NCBI GenBank assembly: GCA_905178155.1
Contig: CAJINV010000001.1
Coordinates: 12,956,635 to 13,020,634 of the forward strand
Source of the DNA: Amoebophrya sp. A120
Lineage: Eukaryota; Protista; Dinoflagellata
Direction of reading: 5' to 3'
DNA: 64,000 nucleotides
Positions 1-11,774 of the stretch are shown piece after piece (position 1 is the first letter of the stretch; every line of letters starts with the position of its first letter). The notes beneath the pieces were generated by a model. It saw only the letters and a program-made list of their open reading frames with translations. It was not told the DNA's origin and did no database searches. The position numbers were made by a program, and so were the translations under genes.

Positions 1-1309
1 CTGTGGCTGGTCCCTTCAAGACACAATCTCTCTGGATTGCAGGAAACGACGGGCCATTGCTGCGACGGGTCTCGTCGTGGTCGTCGCGAGGACGTGAGTG
101 ACTAGTGCAAGAGCTTGCGATGTGGATGTCTTCTCCGGAACCGCGACAAGCAGAAAAGTTGAAGTTCTGCAATGCTTGTTCGCCTTCGATCTCTACCAGA
201 CTGCGTTCTGACCTGACATCATCATGGTCCATTATGACGAAAACTTCTTCTTCATCTTCCTCCTCAAGCGCGGTGGCACTGCCCGCTTCTCCTGCATTCG
301 CGCTAAATCGTACAGCTCCTGTACTACCTTGACCTCCTTGGGCATCTAGTACTTTATTGCAAGACGAACTTGAAGTGCTGGCTCCGGGTTCTTCTTCGGG
401 GTGGCCTGAGCGCAGACACACGTCGGCACCACACGATGCTTTCCCCGGAGTCGGACCTTTTCTTTGTCTTGCAGCTACTACAATCCGTTTGCGGAGGCAG
501 ATTGTGCATAAGACATCCATCTCAGTCCCATCTGCGCTCGCGCCCGAATCGCTCCAGCGGCTGCGATGAAAGGACGGCTGTCCGTTGTAGTGCATTAGTC
601 GGAGCGCTTCAAATACACGCAGCTCTTTCGAGGAAAATTCTTCTGCCGGTGCCTCAAGGAACCGAAACACAGACCCGTCTGCAAGAGTCTTCGAAATCAC
701 TTCTACCGAGCGGCGCGGCTCTGGCTGGCGTGTTGAAGAGGAGGAGCTCATCTTCAAAGTTGGTCTTTTCCTTTTGTTCAGCAGCAGGGGCTGCCTACTT
801 TCATCTTTCTCGTCCTTCATCAGCTCCATTCGATGCTGCGTCGGCACGGAGGCTAGCTGCAAATTTTCTCCAGCAGCGGCAAGAGCTGGATCGAAGTAAG
901 GAGTCTGTGTTAGCAACTCATCTGGTGCGCTGTAATCTTCGCTGGTCCTTATGTGCATGTCTTCGTTCCTCTTCCTGCTACCTGCGAAATTCGGGTATGG
1001 AGCGGTACTAGTGAGGCTGGGCTTGCGCTCTAGTCGTTTGTCTGTTGCATCCCGTTCCCATGCAATTGCAAGCTCAAAATGTGCGTCCTGATTGTACAGA
1101 TGCACGTCCTGATCTCTGCGTTCATCCGATGCAACGGGGTGGGAAATCGAAACGGACGTAAGCCTCACCGCATCACAGATCGTCGCGCCGGGACGTGCGC
1201 AGAGTGTTCTCCAGAGTAGATAAACACAGAGCGCGCAGTGCGGCCAGGCACCGGAGTTGTACCAACGCCAGCTGCTCGACACCGTAACCGTTCTCGTCCG
1301 GAACCTCAT
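1..1309 (-). CDS. Hypothetical protein, N-terminal part (runs off the window edge); possible signal peptide
   Basis: Manual translation from ATG at 1309 (MRFRTRTVTVSSSWRWYNSGAWPHCALCVYLLWRTLCA...) stays open to base 1. It is missing from the ORF track because there is no stop in the window. Confidence 0.65.
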   Translation of the reverse strand, partial: MRFRTRTVTVSSSWRWYNSGAWPHCALCVYLLWRTLCARPGATICDAVRLTSVSISHPVASDERRDQDVHLYNQDAHFELAIAWERDATDKRLERKPSLTSTAPYPNFAGSRKRNEDMHIRTSEDYSAPDELLTQTPYFDPALAAAGENLQLASVPTQHRMELMKDEKDESRQPLLLNKRKRPTLKMSSSSSTRQPEPRRSVEVISKTLADGSVFRFLEAPAEEFSSKELRVFEALRLMHYNGQPSFHRSRWSDSGASADGTEMDVLCTICLRKRIVVAARQRKGPTPGKASCGADVCLRSGHPEEEPGASTSSSSCNKVLDAQGGQGSTGAVRFSANAGEAGSATALEEEDEEEVFVIMDHDDVRSERSLVEIEGEQALQNFNFSACRGSGEDIHIASSCTSHSRPRDDHDETRRSNGPSFPAIQRDCVLKGPAT

Positions 1310-2177
1310 CCTTTGCAATTGCGATCGTTATTTACGGTTGTACTGGGGAAAACACTACAGCAGCGGTTTAGATTGATCTAAAAGCTAGAGTTGAAAATCC
1401 AAAGAAGTTGAAGTATAGGCATCAACATGAGCTCGACTGACACTTATCGCTGCTAATAACGGCGACGACTGCGACACATACCACGAAATCATAGACAGCC
1501 GCAGGTAGAAAGAGATGGATATAGAGTGGAGAAGTAGCAGGAAAACCACGGCGCAGCTTTGCACTACAGAAAGAGAAAGAGAAATGACTAATGACGAGTA
1601 AATCTTCGGTGTCGGCCCAGGTGGACGCCCTGGCCGCTGCATATACTCATCTTCGTGTGCAGTTATTGGCTTTCACCATGATCATCGACATCGAGAAATA
1701 ACTCCGTTTTCTTTTATCCGTTACTGTTTGCCTTTGCTGAAAAGTGGGTAGGAATAGTGCTAGCTAGATCATCACCTTCTGTCGCGAAAAAAATAGCTCA
1801 TATAGCATTGGATTCAGAGGAAAACATCAAAGAAACCTAGCTGCAGTCTGCACCCGCACTTTGGAACCAGTCTGTGTCTGGCAGGACTGTATACGATCTT
1901 CAGTGGCGCGACGAATCTGCTGGATGACGATTCGATCCTTGTCCTATGTATTCCTTGCCATCCACATGATCCACCTGCAAACATTAACTGAACAGCAATA
2001 GAAGAAGAATTGTACATCAAAAACAAATTCCCAAATCAGTTTCCGAGTCATGTCACTCGGACGATATTTATTGCATGCGCTTGCACACAGTCCAACATCT
2101 CTGGTGCTCAAAATAAAGCGACTGTCTTCATCAAGCCAGACTTGCACAGCACAGGCAACTACAGCACCTGTCCAGCG

Positions 2178-4794
2178 TTAAGTATTCGTCGCAAAGAGCG
2201 GATCCGGGTGCTCAACGCGACTGAGTGCCTGCTGCAGCTGGTATTTCACATCGGTAAATGCAATGTCATCGTTTTCCAGCATCGGAATCAAGGTGCCAAT
2301 GACGTCGAAACAGGACGACCTACTGTCGTCGCCGAGTTTCACGCGCTGCGACAACAGCTGCTCGACCTGTACCCGCACGGAGGAGAACAAGTAGGAAATG
2401 CAGTTTCGGTCCGCCATTTCCCGCTCTCGCGTTGTCTGCTGTTCCGTGTTCATGGAGTTGCCTGTTGCAGAGGAAGGACCGCTGGTCAGCCCTGGCAATG
2501 GGTCGGTCCATCTGATCTGTTATTACCTGAAAATTGATACCCATCCGCATCCACAACTTTTTGAGTGACAAACAGACGAACTACTTTACGCGACCTGACT
2601 TCATGTTTTGCATGACAAATTGAGTTGGGAGCAGGGTTTAATTTTCAGGGAATATCTGTTCCTGGAAGAACTGCTCGTCCGAGGTTCTCGGCGCCCCGAT
2701 ATTGGTACTACTCCCCGCCAGAGCGGTTCCCCCGGAAAAATCTCCGGCATGGAACTGAGGCGAAATCGCTCCATTTGCTGCAAAAAGAGATGGCGACATT
2801 GCGTTTGCTGAAGATCCGCCGCCGAGGAGGAACGCAGTGCTCGAGCCCGTCGCTGTCCTTTCGTTGCTACTAGTATTATTTGAAGCCCCCGCTGAAGCTG
2901 ATCCCGATCCACTTGTGCCGCCGCCAGACGATGAGCTGCCGTTTTTACCGGAAGAGGAGGATGATGGCACCAGACTGCGGAGCAGCATCTCGAGGTACTG
3001 CTCGGTGAGCATACTGGTGACGGCGAGCAGCAGCTTTTTCGGCAACACGGCCGCAAAGGAGGACACCGCGGTGCGCAGGTACTGCAGCGAAGTCGACAAC
3101 ACGGCCTCCGCCGCGGCGTAGCTGGCGTCCTCGGAGATGGTCCGCATGTACTGCTGCAGGTGCTCGCACTTTTTGCCCAACTCCCTTCGCAGAAACTTGA
3201 GCAGCGTTACCAAGTGTGCCTGCCCCAATTTGCGGAGGGACGGCACCACGTCCACCAGCCAAGCCAGGGGCCGGTTGCTGCCGTGCTCGAAGGGTAGCAC
3301 GGTGAGGCAGAACGCGAAGTACAAGCAGTCGTTGTAGAAAATACCGCCGGAGAAGGGGTCGGCCGTCAGTTTCCCGCGGTGCACGTGCGGCCGGACCAGG
3401 AGAAACAGGGTGACCAGCTGCCGCGTCAGCATCTGCTGGTCTTTGGTCTGCGCAGGATCGCGGATGCCCAGACGGACCGAATTCCGGACTTCCTCCACCA
3501 GCCGCAGCACCGACTGGGATACGGCGCAGGGCGTCCACAGGTACTGTGCCAGGTCCTTGTCCAACCCGGCCATAAGCTTGTCGTTCTCCGACGTCGCCGA
3601 TACCTGCACGGTGGTCATGTCCTGCGACACCATCCAATTCCGCGCCTCTTCCAGAATCTTGGCGCGGGCCTGCACGCCGGTCTTCCGTTCCGCGGCCAGG
3701 CTGGTCAAACTGGCGTCCCGCGTGGTGTCTACGAAACCGAGCGCCGCAGCCTTGTTCTGGAACTCCAGCAGCAATTGGGGCTCGCCTGAGCAGTCGCGCA
3801 AATAGTCCACCAGCAGCGGCCACAGGTGCCGGCCCAGGGCAGCTAAAGCCTCGTTGTGCGCTAAAAAATCGCGGAGGTAGCCGATCATGCTACCGAGTAT
3901 GCCGAGCAGAAACTCCAAGCCCTCCTCCCCGGACTCGAGGCTTTCGTTCTCGTCCACGAAAGACCACACGGTCACCTCGTCGTGGGGCTTGAAAATGCGC
4001 GCCGACAGCTTTTTCCGTCGCGAGTCCACAAACAGCGGCGCCAAGATGTACTTGTGCATGCGCTCCGAGAGCCACTTGGTCTTACTCTCCAGAAGCTCCA
4101 TCGTGCGGAGGCCCTCCCACACCTGCAGATTCTTCTCACTGCGATTGATGCAGATCGTGTTGGGCAAAAAGCTGAAAATGTTCTGGAAATTGCGCTCCAT
4201 CCGCGACGAAAAAAGTACAGCTCGCTGCCGAAACTGCACCTCCAGCTGCCCCGCAATGTCCTGCAGGATTGCTGCGGCTGTGGAAGGATTCATTGATATT
4301 GTGTGTTGACGTTGAGTGTTTCGTTCCCGTTTGCACGATAGGGATAGTGGCAAAATTTTGAGGCACGAAAAAGCAACCTAGTACAGAAGATTTTTTCTTT
4401 AAAATCTGCTCCATGAAGATTCCTTTTGCAAGTGTCCTCTACATCATACTCCAAATCTTCTTCACTTTAAGTTCTACATCTACTTTTAGAACTTACGTTT
4501 TGTGCATGTGACGGTGGTTTCGAGAAGTATTTTCGCCTTCTGGTACTCGGCTGCGCACTGTTCGTACTTTCGCTCCCCGAGATGGGCGTCAAAATGTGCA
4601 AACAGGACCTGGAGCTGTACCACAGACACGAGAGCCTGCAGGTCCTCGCGTACGCCCAGTTCTCGAGGATGCAGCTGCTCCAGCCGGAGACTGATTTCCG
4701 TTTCCAGGTCGGTCAAATCTTCCAGAGTACAGCAAAAGTCGATGCTCCCAGGATCGCACGCCGCATACACGCGCGCTGTCAAGTCGGATTCCAT
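2178..4794 (-). CDS. ZW10: ZW10/Dsl1-like kinetochore and ER-tethering protein, 3 exons (approx. 4794-4497, 4277-2655, 2515-2178)
   Basis: ZW10 C-terminal-like sequence PCAVSQSVLRL...LFLLVRPHVHRGKL...IFYNDCLYFA...VPSLRKLG. A probable GTAAGT...CAG intron at 4496-4278 and the hairpin intron at 2521-2654 join three ORFs in frame. The 3' end is uncertain. Confidence 0.7.
2521..2654 (-). mobile_element. Introner A: inverted-repeat non-canonical intron in the ZW10-like gene
   Basis: Terminal inverted repeat tattacctgaaaatt / aattttcagggaata (14/15), flanked by direct repeat tctgt (2516-2520, 2655-2659). Removing it plus one repeat gives ...FQEQ-IRWTDPLPGLTSGP, joining ORF 2638..4353 to ORF 2178..2498. 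Confidence 0.9.
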
Positions 4795-5671
4795 TGTGAA
4801 AATAAAGAAGTTGTACGTAGTTCTTGTGGGAAAAATATCACGGCTATGAAGTTCAAGTTGGCGCGTTTGCTTTTCGCTTTTCTATGAAAGGACTTGAAAT
4901 TATTGGTGCAAGAATGATGTTGAAGCAGCTCCGACGCGACGTGTTCAACACGCGCGGCCTTCTTCCGTGTGCGACCAACTGCATATGAAACTTCGACCTC
5001 GGACGCTGAGGAGGCGTCGAAGATCGATCGTCCTATTTGAAGCGCTCACGACGAGATAGAAAAAAAATCTGCAGGCTCACTTTTGGTGATGGTGCCATTT
5101 GCAACATCTGCAAATTTGCTGTCCTGTGAAGATTCGATCGACTTACCACGAACGAAGGCACGACAAATGTGAATGACTGAAACTGCAGCCGGCGTCAATC
5201 CTCGATTTGGCCCGACCACAATTGATGAGTGACGGACAAGAAAACTGAAAAGCCGCCCAGCGCGCCAAGCGGCTTCAAGGACAAGGTGTGAGTGTCGTTC
5301 GCTTCTTCGTCTCGTCCATTAAAGCAATTATAGGCCGCTTTTGTTGATGGCGCTTATACATAAGGATGCTCATCTGCTCCATCTGTATCGGCAACTTGCA
5401 GACATACCACCTCTAACTTGTCCGACACAACCAGGGGTCGGTCGTGTAACATCCACATCACAATCCACTTGACTTCTTCAACCTCGTCGGCTGCCAGCAG
5501 CAACATTACACTGGATGCGCTCTTTTTGCGTTTGCCTCGTGGCGAGATCCCGGCACTTCCTTTATTTCGCCACACCAGCCCGCCGGGGGCACGTGTGCCT
5601 GTAGTGCTGCAGTGTGCTTATACGAGGCTCTGAAGATGTTGTAGAGCAGGTTCTACCTCGTCCGCCCGCGG

Positions 5672-6397
5672 CTAAACCACATGGAGGCCCTTGCCGCCGC
5701 CACTTCGGTGGTATTCCTCTATGGCCAAGTCGTGCAATAACTGTCGCTGTTCCATCACCTGCTTGAGTTTCTCGTAGTGGCCCTTGGTCCGGCGGCCGAA
5801 AGGGGGAGGAGGCTCGGAAATCAAAGAAAAAAGCCTAAACTTGTTCACATCATCGCGGCTTTAGCATGCAAGTCGCACTCGAGTAGTGGATCTGCGATCG
5901 TGCAGTATGAGAGACAGCTGCTCTCGACGTTCCAGTAATTATGCGTGGCTCTGTTTTACTAGCTAGTTCATCGTCATCATGTAAGATCGACAGAACATTG
6001 TTATCAACCAATGCTACAAGCAGACTCGAAGAACTCGAAGTTGCTGCGAACAAATAAAGGTCTCGTTCTCGAATTTCGTATGCGGAATCAGGCCACTGAG
6101 CGCCAGAATATCCCGTACTGAATCGGACATGTCCGCTCCTACTCCGAGCCAAAATTTGACGCGCGAAAATCGAAGCCTGATCTCCTTAACATTCGTGAAC
6201 ACCTTTGGGGAGTAACTGCCCAACACCTCGATGTGTTTTCCGTTCCGGGGATCGCGCTGGTTGCAGGCAACAAGCTTGAAGAAGGGCTTGCTTGGTTTCC
6301 CCGCCGTTTGGAAGCGGAGGATCGGAGGCCCCCTTTCCTTGCTGTAGTAGGGCAAAAACATGCGCCGCACGAGAGAAGGTCGAGAAAGCGACAACAT
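5672..6397 (-). CDS. MRPS16: Mitochondrial ribosomal protein bS16, 2 exons (6397-~6083, ~5812-5672)
   Basis: S16 motif PILRFQTAGKPSKPFFKLVACNQRDPRNGKHIEVLGSYSP...RVKFWLGVGADMSDSVRDIL; N-terminal targeting-like peptide; second exon PPPPFGRRTKGHY... Confidence 0.88.
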
Positions 6398-7326
6398 ACT
6401 CTTTTTGACAGTACAACTCTCGAGGATCTGAAAAAACGAGGGAGAACAGTAGAAATCAGATGAGGTTTGGTTTCTTGTAAAAAACTAGTATCCTCTTCCT
6501 CGACGCAATGTGTATTGCCATCCTGTTCCGACTACGGGAGCGGATGGCGAATGGAACTATCGCTATGTCGATGGATCTCGTGTTCTGCGCAAATCTTTGC
6601 CAGAACGCTGCAACACTTTCGGCTTCTAGATCTAGATCATCCTAGTAAGCGAGGACACATAAACGACGACCGCTTCTTCATCTATAACTAGCAGGCTACA
6701 ACCAGCACTGAAGCCAGTCGATCTAAACATCTTTCGCTTTCCGATACACAAAAAGCAGAAACGTAAAAATATTTCAAGAACGTCGTGAACTACGAGCGAT
6801 CAAGATCGCGCAACTATTTGGATCACCAGAAGAGCAAGATACATTCATCCGAAGCGAACGAGACCGGGCAACACGACGACGGCGTTGACCAGAACGCCTC
6901 CTCATCCTTAACCTACATGCAGACAGTATGCGAGATAGCAAAAAAATCACAGGCACTTATTAGATTACCATGCAAAAACGCCGAGAACGCGGTTTCGGAG
7001 CGAGACGAGGAACAGCAACAGAGCCTGCCTGTAGCATTGCTTTGCTTCGATAAAGATCAAGTTTATGATATGATTATGAGTTGTTCTGTAACAGGCTTAG
7101 AAACTGCATGCGCAGCGAAGTCAGTTACTAGTAGTAAGTCTAAGTAGCATGAATGTCGTCCGGAAATCCACCCAGGTGGGCGTTATCTAGTATTGTCATT
7201 GGATTTTGACTGTCGTTTTCAGCTGTGTGTCTCCAACGAGACTGCCTTCGAAGAAAACTCAGCCATCGACCTGCACGCAAGCGCCGTCTGCTTGTACTAG
7301 CTGACCATTTTTTCTTGTCATTCGCT

Positions 7327-10300
7327 TCATCTCGGTTGGCTACCTCGACCGCCCTGCTCCTGATCCTCGATCTTCAAAAACTGGCCGCCACAGACTTCCA
7401 TGAGCCACCTCGGCTCGATGGCCATCACGGTGCGCATGTAAGTTTTGGTCGTCGTCACCAGTTCGGTGAAGAGCACCACCTCGGGTGGCGGTTTGGCCTG
7501 GAACAGGACCGAGGTCGGGTGCACGCGCGCGTGCTGCCGCTCCGTGGCGGTGCAGTACTCGCCCGTCGTCTTAGAGGTGAGCATGGCCGTATGGGTGAAG
7601 TTGGCCTTCAAGAAACACTTCCGCACCACGTCCAGCTCCGCCCCGCAGGAGCCGATTTGCCGCACGTGCAAACTGTGCTCCAACAGCTCCTTCAGCTGTT
7701 CGCGTACCTTGTCCGCGCGCTGCAGCGCAAAAAAGTTCAGTCCGTAGTTGTGGCAAAAGGCCTTCTGGTGGTGGTATGTGGCCGCCTTGCGCCACTTTCG
7801 GTACACGTTTAACAGCGACAAGTGGTCGCCGCTGGGGTGCAGCAGCGTGTCGCGCAACTCCTTCTTTCGCTTGTCGTCGGTGATGTTCAAGTAGAAATGG
7901 GCGTCGATGCTGAGCATCGCCACGATGCTGAGCACCTCGGCAGTGCACTCGAAGGCGACGCTCTCTAGTAGAACCAGGCCGAACAACGGGTGCAGCGGCA
8001 ACCGAGCGAGCTTGTGGCCCAGCTCGGTCAGCTCCAGCTTCTTGTTCAGCGCGCCGATGCGCTTCAAGAAGAAGCAGGCCTTGATCATGTGCTGCTTCGG
8101 CGGCACGTCGAGGAAGGGGAACTTGTCCACCTGCGCAACGCCCAGGCTCTTCAGCAGCAAAAACAGCTGCGAGAACTCGGTGCGCAGAATCTCGGGCGGG
8201 GTTTGCGCCGCGAACTTCTGGAAGCAGGCCTCGGGGTAGATCCGGTAGCACTCACCGGGCGCCTCGCGGCCGGCACGCCCGCTGCGCTGGTCTGCCTGCG
8301 CCTTGCTGGTCTCGACCACTTTCAGGCACTCCACGCCGGTGGTGGGGTGCGCGATTTTGAGCTTCACATAGCCGGAATCTACGACGTAGCGGATGCCGGG
8401 GATCGTGATGGACGTCTCCGCAATGTTGGTCGCGAGCACCACCTTCCGTGCGTTCGGCGGCGCGGGCGTAAACACCGACATCTGCTGATCGAAGGGGAGA
8501 GCGGCGTACAGGGGGCAGATCAGAAGGTCAGGATCGAGGCTTTGGGTTTCCTGTCGGTTATTTTCTGTAACGAGGTTTTCATCATCAAGTTCGTCACTCA
8601 GCGGAGACGATATCATGTCAGCATCTTCCGCACCAGTAGTCTTTTCAGCGTGATCTTCAAGAACATCGGTGTCGGCGTCTTGGGCCGCCACTGGCGCTGC
8701 ATCTTGGTCCAGAATCTTGACTTCATCATTCGCAATATCGGCACTTCTTCGCGCAGCATCGGCTGCAACCTTACCATTCGCATTGTTGTTTTTCGCACTT
8801 CGCGCCCGGGCCAGAAGACGACTATCGATGTCGGTTCTGCCCACCACTGCGTCCTCACGGCGCTCGCCAAGGAATTCTTCTTCACCATTTTCGTTCTTCG
8901 CAGTCCCTGAAGATGCTCCTGCGGCAGCCTCATTCGACGTACTTTGCTCCATCCGCCGCCGCTCCTCCAGTAGTTGGCAGAGGGATTCGATGGCCTCTTG
9001 TCCTGGCAGGAAGCACAGGATGTCGCCGAACGCCGGTTTCGTCTTGTGCAGCTGCAAAATGGCCGTGGCACAAGCCAGCATGTAGTCGTCTGCGGGGGCG
9101 GGGGTGTAGTAAAGCTTCACCGGGTGCTGCCGTCCGTCAATTTTCAGCACCTCGGTTTTGAATTCATCCTGGAAAAACCCCCGGAAAGTCGCGACGTTCA
9201 GCGTTGCGCTCATAACGATCACCTTCAGTGGCGGCACGTTCCGCTGACTAGGCAGCAACTTTGGTCCTCCTGGTGCTCCACCTTCCAAATTCAGATTCAC
9301 CTGGCCCTCTGTAGAAGTACTACTTTCCGTTCTTGTGGCAGCCGCTTTTTGCTTACGAATGCGCAGGGCTTCCTTCACGAGACCCATTAGAATGTCCGTT
9401 TGGACGCTTCGCTCGTGCGCCTCGTCCAGAATTACACAGCTATAGTCCAGAAACGCCCGGTCCTGTACGGCCTCGCGGACAGCCATACCGTCCGTCAGAA
9501 ACAACACCTTGTTATTTGGCGCGCTGTAGTCCTGAAAACGGACGCGGTACCCGACCGCGCCATGGCCAAGAGTGGTGTGCATCTCGTCCGCCACGCGTGC
9601 AGCAACGCTAGTCGCGGCTACCCGCCGCGGCTGCGTGCACAAGATCTTGCGCTCCACCGCGCGCGCTAAGAATTGCGGCACCTGGGTGGTCTTACCGGAC
9701 CCCGTGGCAGACTGCAAAATCAGCACGTCGGTGTTGTTATAGGCTCGCAGAATCTCCTCTCGGTGTCGCACAACGGGTAGCAATCCGTCTGTTTGTAGTT
9801 CATCGGCGTCTTTCTGCAGCTTCGCAGGAGAAGCCTCTGAAGGTATATTTTCGTCCGCAGAATCCTTCGAAGAAGTGGGAGTGACACCCTGCTTTGCTGC
9901 TTTTCTTCTCTTCTTCTTAGTTGTTCTCGTATTTTGCATTAGCATTTCTTCATCCGCCTCCAATGCTGCGAGTGCGACGGGACGGTCCTGGACGGAGGGT
10001 GGGGCTGTTGATGACACACTGCTAATGGTCGTGTCCAATTTTCGTCGCTTTTTCTTCTTTATTATTGTTGATGTTGTTCCCTTTGAACAACTCGTCACTT
10101 CTATTTTTGTTGCAGGGGCAGAAGGAGAACGACAACGAGCGCCCCTAGCAGTACTAGCTGCGGATTCGTCATGGAGGAGCATTTTTATTGTCCCCTCTGT
10201 TGATCCCTGAACAACCCGCTCCCCCACGTCCGAATCTTCGTCAAGATCCTCATAATTCGTGCGCACAGCAGCTTCTACAGGTCGTCGTAATTCTGCCTTT

Positions 10301-10575
10301 TGTTGGCCACCGCCTTTGCTTTTTTTCCGAGTCGCGCGCGCACCAATCCGAGTTGTCAGGTGGTCTGCAACACATGGTCGGTCGTCTTCGATACTTCTGC
10401 CGGAGGACTCGTCGATTGATGCTACAACTGCTGCTCCTTCACTGGTGCTGCTACTTCTTCCACCTGGTGTAGTACTGGCACCGGTCACGGTCTGTCGCTT
10501 CAATGTCTTCGACTTTTTCCTCATTTTGATTTTCTCCTTCATTTCTACACACAACAATTTTTGACACTTCAACAC
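7327..10575 (-). CDS. DHX33: DEAH-box RNA helicase, DHX33/Dhr2-like (first ATG at 10542)
   Basis: Motifs GSGKTT, TQPRRVAA, DEAHER, MSAT, TNIAETSITI, QRSGRAGR, followed by HA2 and OB-fold-like regions. Lys-rich N-terminus. The subfamily call is an inference. Confidence 0.85.
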   Translation of the reverse strand: MLKCQKLLCVEMKEKIKMRKKSKTLKRQTVTGASTTPGGRSSSTSEGAAVVASIDESSGRSIEDDRPCVADHLTTRIGARATRKKSKGGGQQKAELRRPVEAAVRTNYEDLDEDSDVGERVVQGSTEGTIKMLLHDESAASTARGARCRSPSAPATKIEVTSCSKGTTSTIIKKKKRRKLDTTISSVSSTAPPSVQDRPVALAALEADEEMLMQNTRTTKKKRRKAAKQGVTPTSSKDSADENIPSEASPAKLQKDADELQTDGLLPVVRHREEILRAYNNTDVLILQSATGSGKTTQVPQFLARAVERKILCTQPRRVAATSVAARVADEMHTTLGHGAVGYRVRFQDYSAPNNKVLFLTDGMAVREAVQDRAFLDYSCVILDEAHERSVQTDILMGLVKEALRIRKQKAAATRTESSTSTEGQVNLNLEGGAPGGPKLLPSQRNVPPLKVIVMSATLNVATFRGFFQDEFKTEVLKIDGRQHPVKLYYTPAPADDYMLACATAILQLHKTKPAFGDILCFLPGQEAIESLCQLLEERRRMEQSTSNEAAAGASSGTAKNENGEEEFLGERREDAVVGRTDIDSRLLARARSAKNNNANGKVAADAARRSADIANDEVKILDQDAAPVAAQDADTDVLEDHAEKTTGAEDADMISSPLSDELDDENLVTENNRQETQSLDPDLLICPLYAALPFDQQMSVFTPAPPNARKVVLATNIAETSITIPGIRYVVDSGYVKLKIAHPTTGVECLKVVETSKAQADQRSGRAGREAPGECYRIYPEACFQKFAAQTPPEILRTEFSQLFLLLKSLGVAQVDKFPFLDVPPKQHMIKACFFLKRIGALNKKLELTELGHKLARLPLHPLFGLVLLESVAFECTAEVLSIVAMLSIDAHFYLNITDDKRKKELRDTLLHPSGDHLSLLNVYRKWRKAATYHHQKAFCHNYGLNFFALQRADKVREQLKELLEHSLHVRQIGSCGAELDVVRKCFLKANFTHTAMLTSKTTGEYCTATERQHARVHPTSVLFQAKPPPEVVLFTELVTTTKTYMRTVMAIEPRWLMEVCGGQFLKIEDQEQGGRGSQPR

Positions 10576-10659
10576 TTTAGCTTCACCATGGTTTCGATTG
10601 AAGGGTTAGCCGTCGAATCTTTATGAGTGTATTTTGAAACACTAACACACTTCTTGTTG

Positions 10660-11145
10660 TCAGGATCCCGCACCCGAAAACAGTGCCATTGATAGTGGTG
10701 GAAGATCAAGTGCCTGTAAGACAGAAACTTGAGGTAGCATTTAAAGATGCGGGCAAAAAATCATGAAGACACAGCATCTCGGCATGATCAATGAACCGGC
10801 ACAATATATAATTTGATCTTAATTTTTTCCACCAATACCAGTTGACAGACATGCAGATCTTCAAAGCTGGATGAAAGACATTTCCATGCACTTCCAATTT
10901 GCAGCCACTGGCATGATCTCCTTTCGGTGCGTGTGCCGGTAGTGATAGATCATTTCACCGACCGTCAAGGCAATGGAACGATACCATTCTTGAAGATCGT
11001 GCCCATGACTCATTTCAACATCAAGATCAACCTGAAGATCTCTCCGGGCAAAGATCGATGATTCAGCCGAGAAATTTGTTGCCTTTCGGGTTTCAGATCA
11101 TGTCCTCCGCGTTTGGCGGGTTTGTGTTTCATCTCTGATCCATTC
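10660..11145. promoter_or_regulatory. GATC-dense island upstream of the helicase gene
   Basis: 13 GATC counted by hand in about 480 bp (about 2 expected at uniform composition). Function is inferred only. Confidence 0.5.
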
Positions 11146-11774
11146 AATCAATGCGTTTATTCGCCTTATTGCTGTCTATGTCTATCTCTATTCAAAGTGT
11201 GGCACATACTTGGCGATACCAAAACCGACACCGACAACGCATCAAGCTGCGACAGCGTAGTCCAACTGAAACATGAGGTCTGCGACCCAGAAGCAAGCAG
11301 CTTCGACGTTCCTGGTGCATTGTTGGTTGCTCACAAGCAAGCGACACACAAGTGCCGCGGTGCGGACAAAAAAGTTGATACTATGCGTTCTTAAAAAAAA
11401 TAAAAAAATCGAATCAAGAGCTACACGTAGCAGGGGGTACCTGCTACAAAAAGCTCTTTCATGTCTAGGTGCATATTAGGGTAAAGACTACTAGTAGTGC
11501 ACTTGTGCGTTGTCTGTTCTGGGGTACAGATACAGACGCCACAAAGAAACCCGAGACAGTGTAAACTCGACTGATTTCTACATCATTCCTTCCATAGGAT
11601 AAAAGAAACTACTACTTCTTACTTAGACGACACAACCACAAGAAAAACTACTCGATCTACTGAGTGTTTGTGCTGTCGTCTGAGGTGTTTCAAAAAAAAC
11701 CCGCTGATCATCTGCTGCGTTGGTCGTGAAGAAGAATGCGCTCATTCGAACATTTTGAAGTACGTCGGTTACAC

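Noticed and set aside
2042-2061. Small hairpin tccgagt-catgtc-actcgga as a sixth introner
   Set aside because: No TAT/ATA ends, no flanking duplication and no frame restored.
1944-2180. Open frame continuing after the TAA at 2178-2180, suggesting readthrough or an altered genetic code
   Set aside because: The downstream peptide does not resemble ZW10, and TAA is a normal stop in RPL14 and RPL38.
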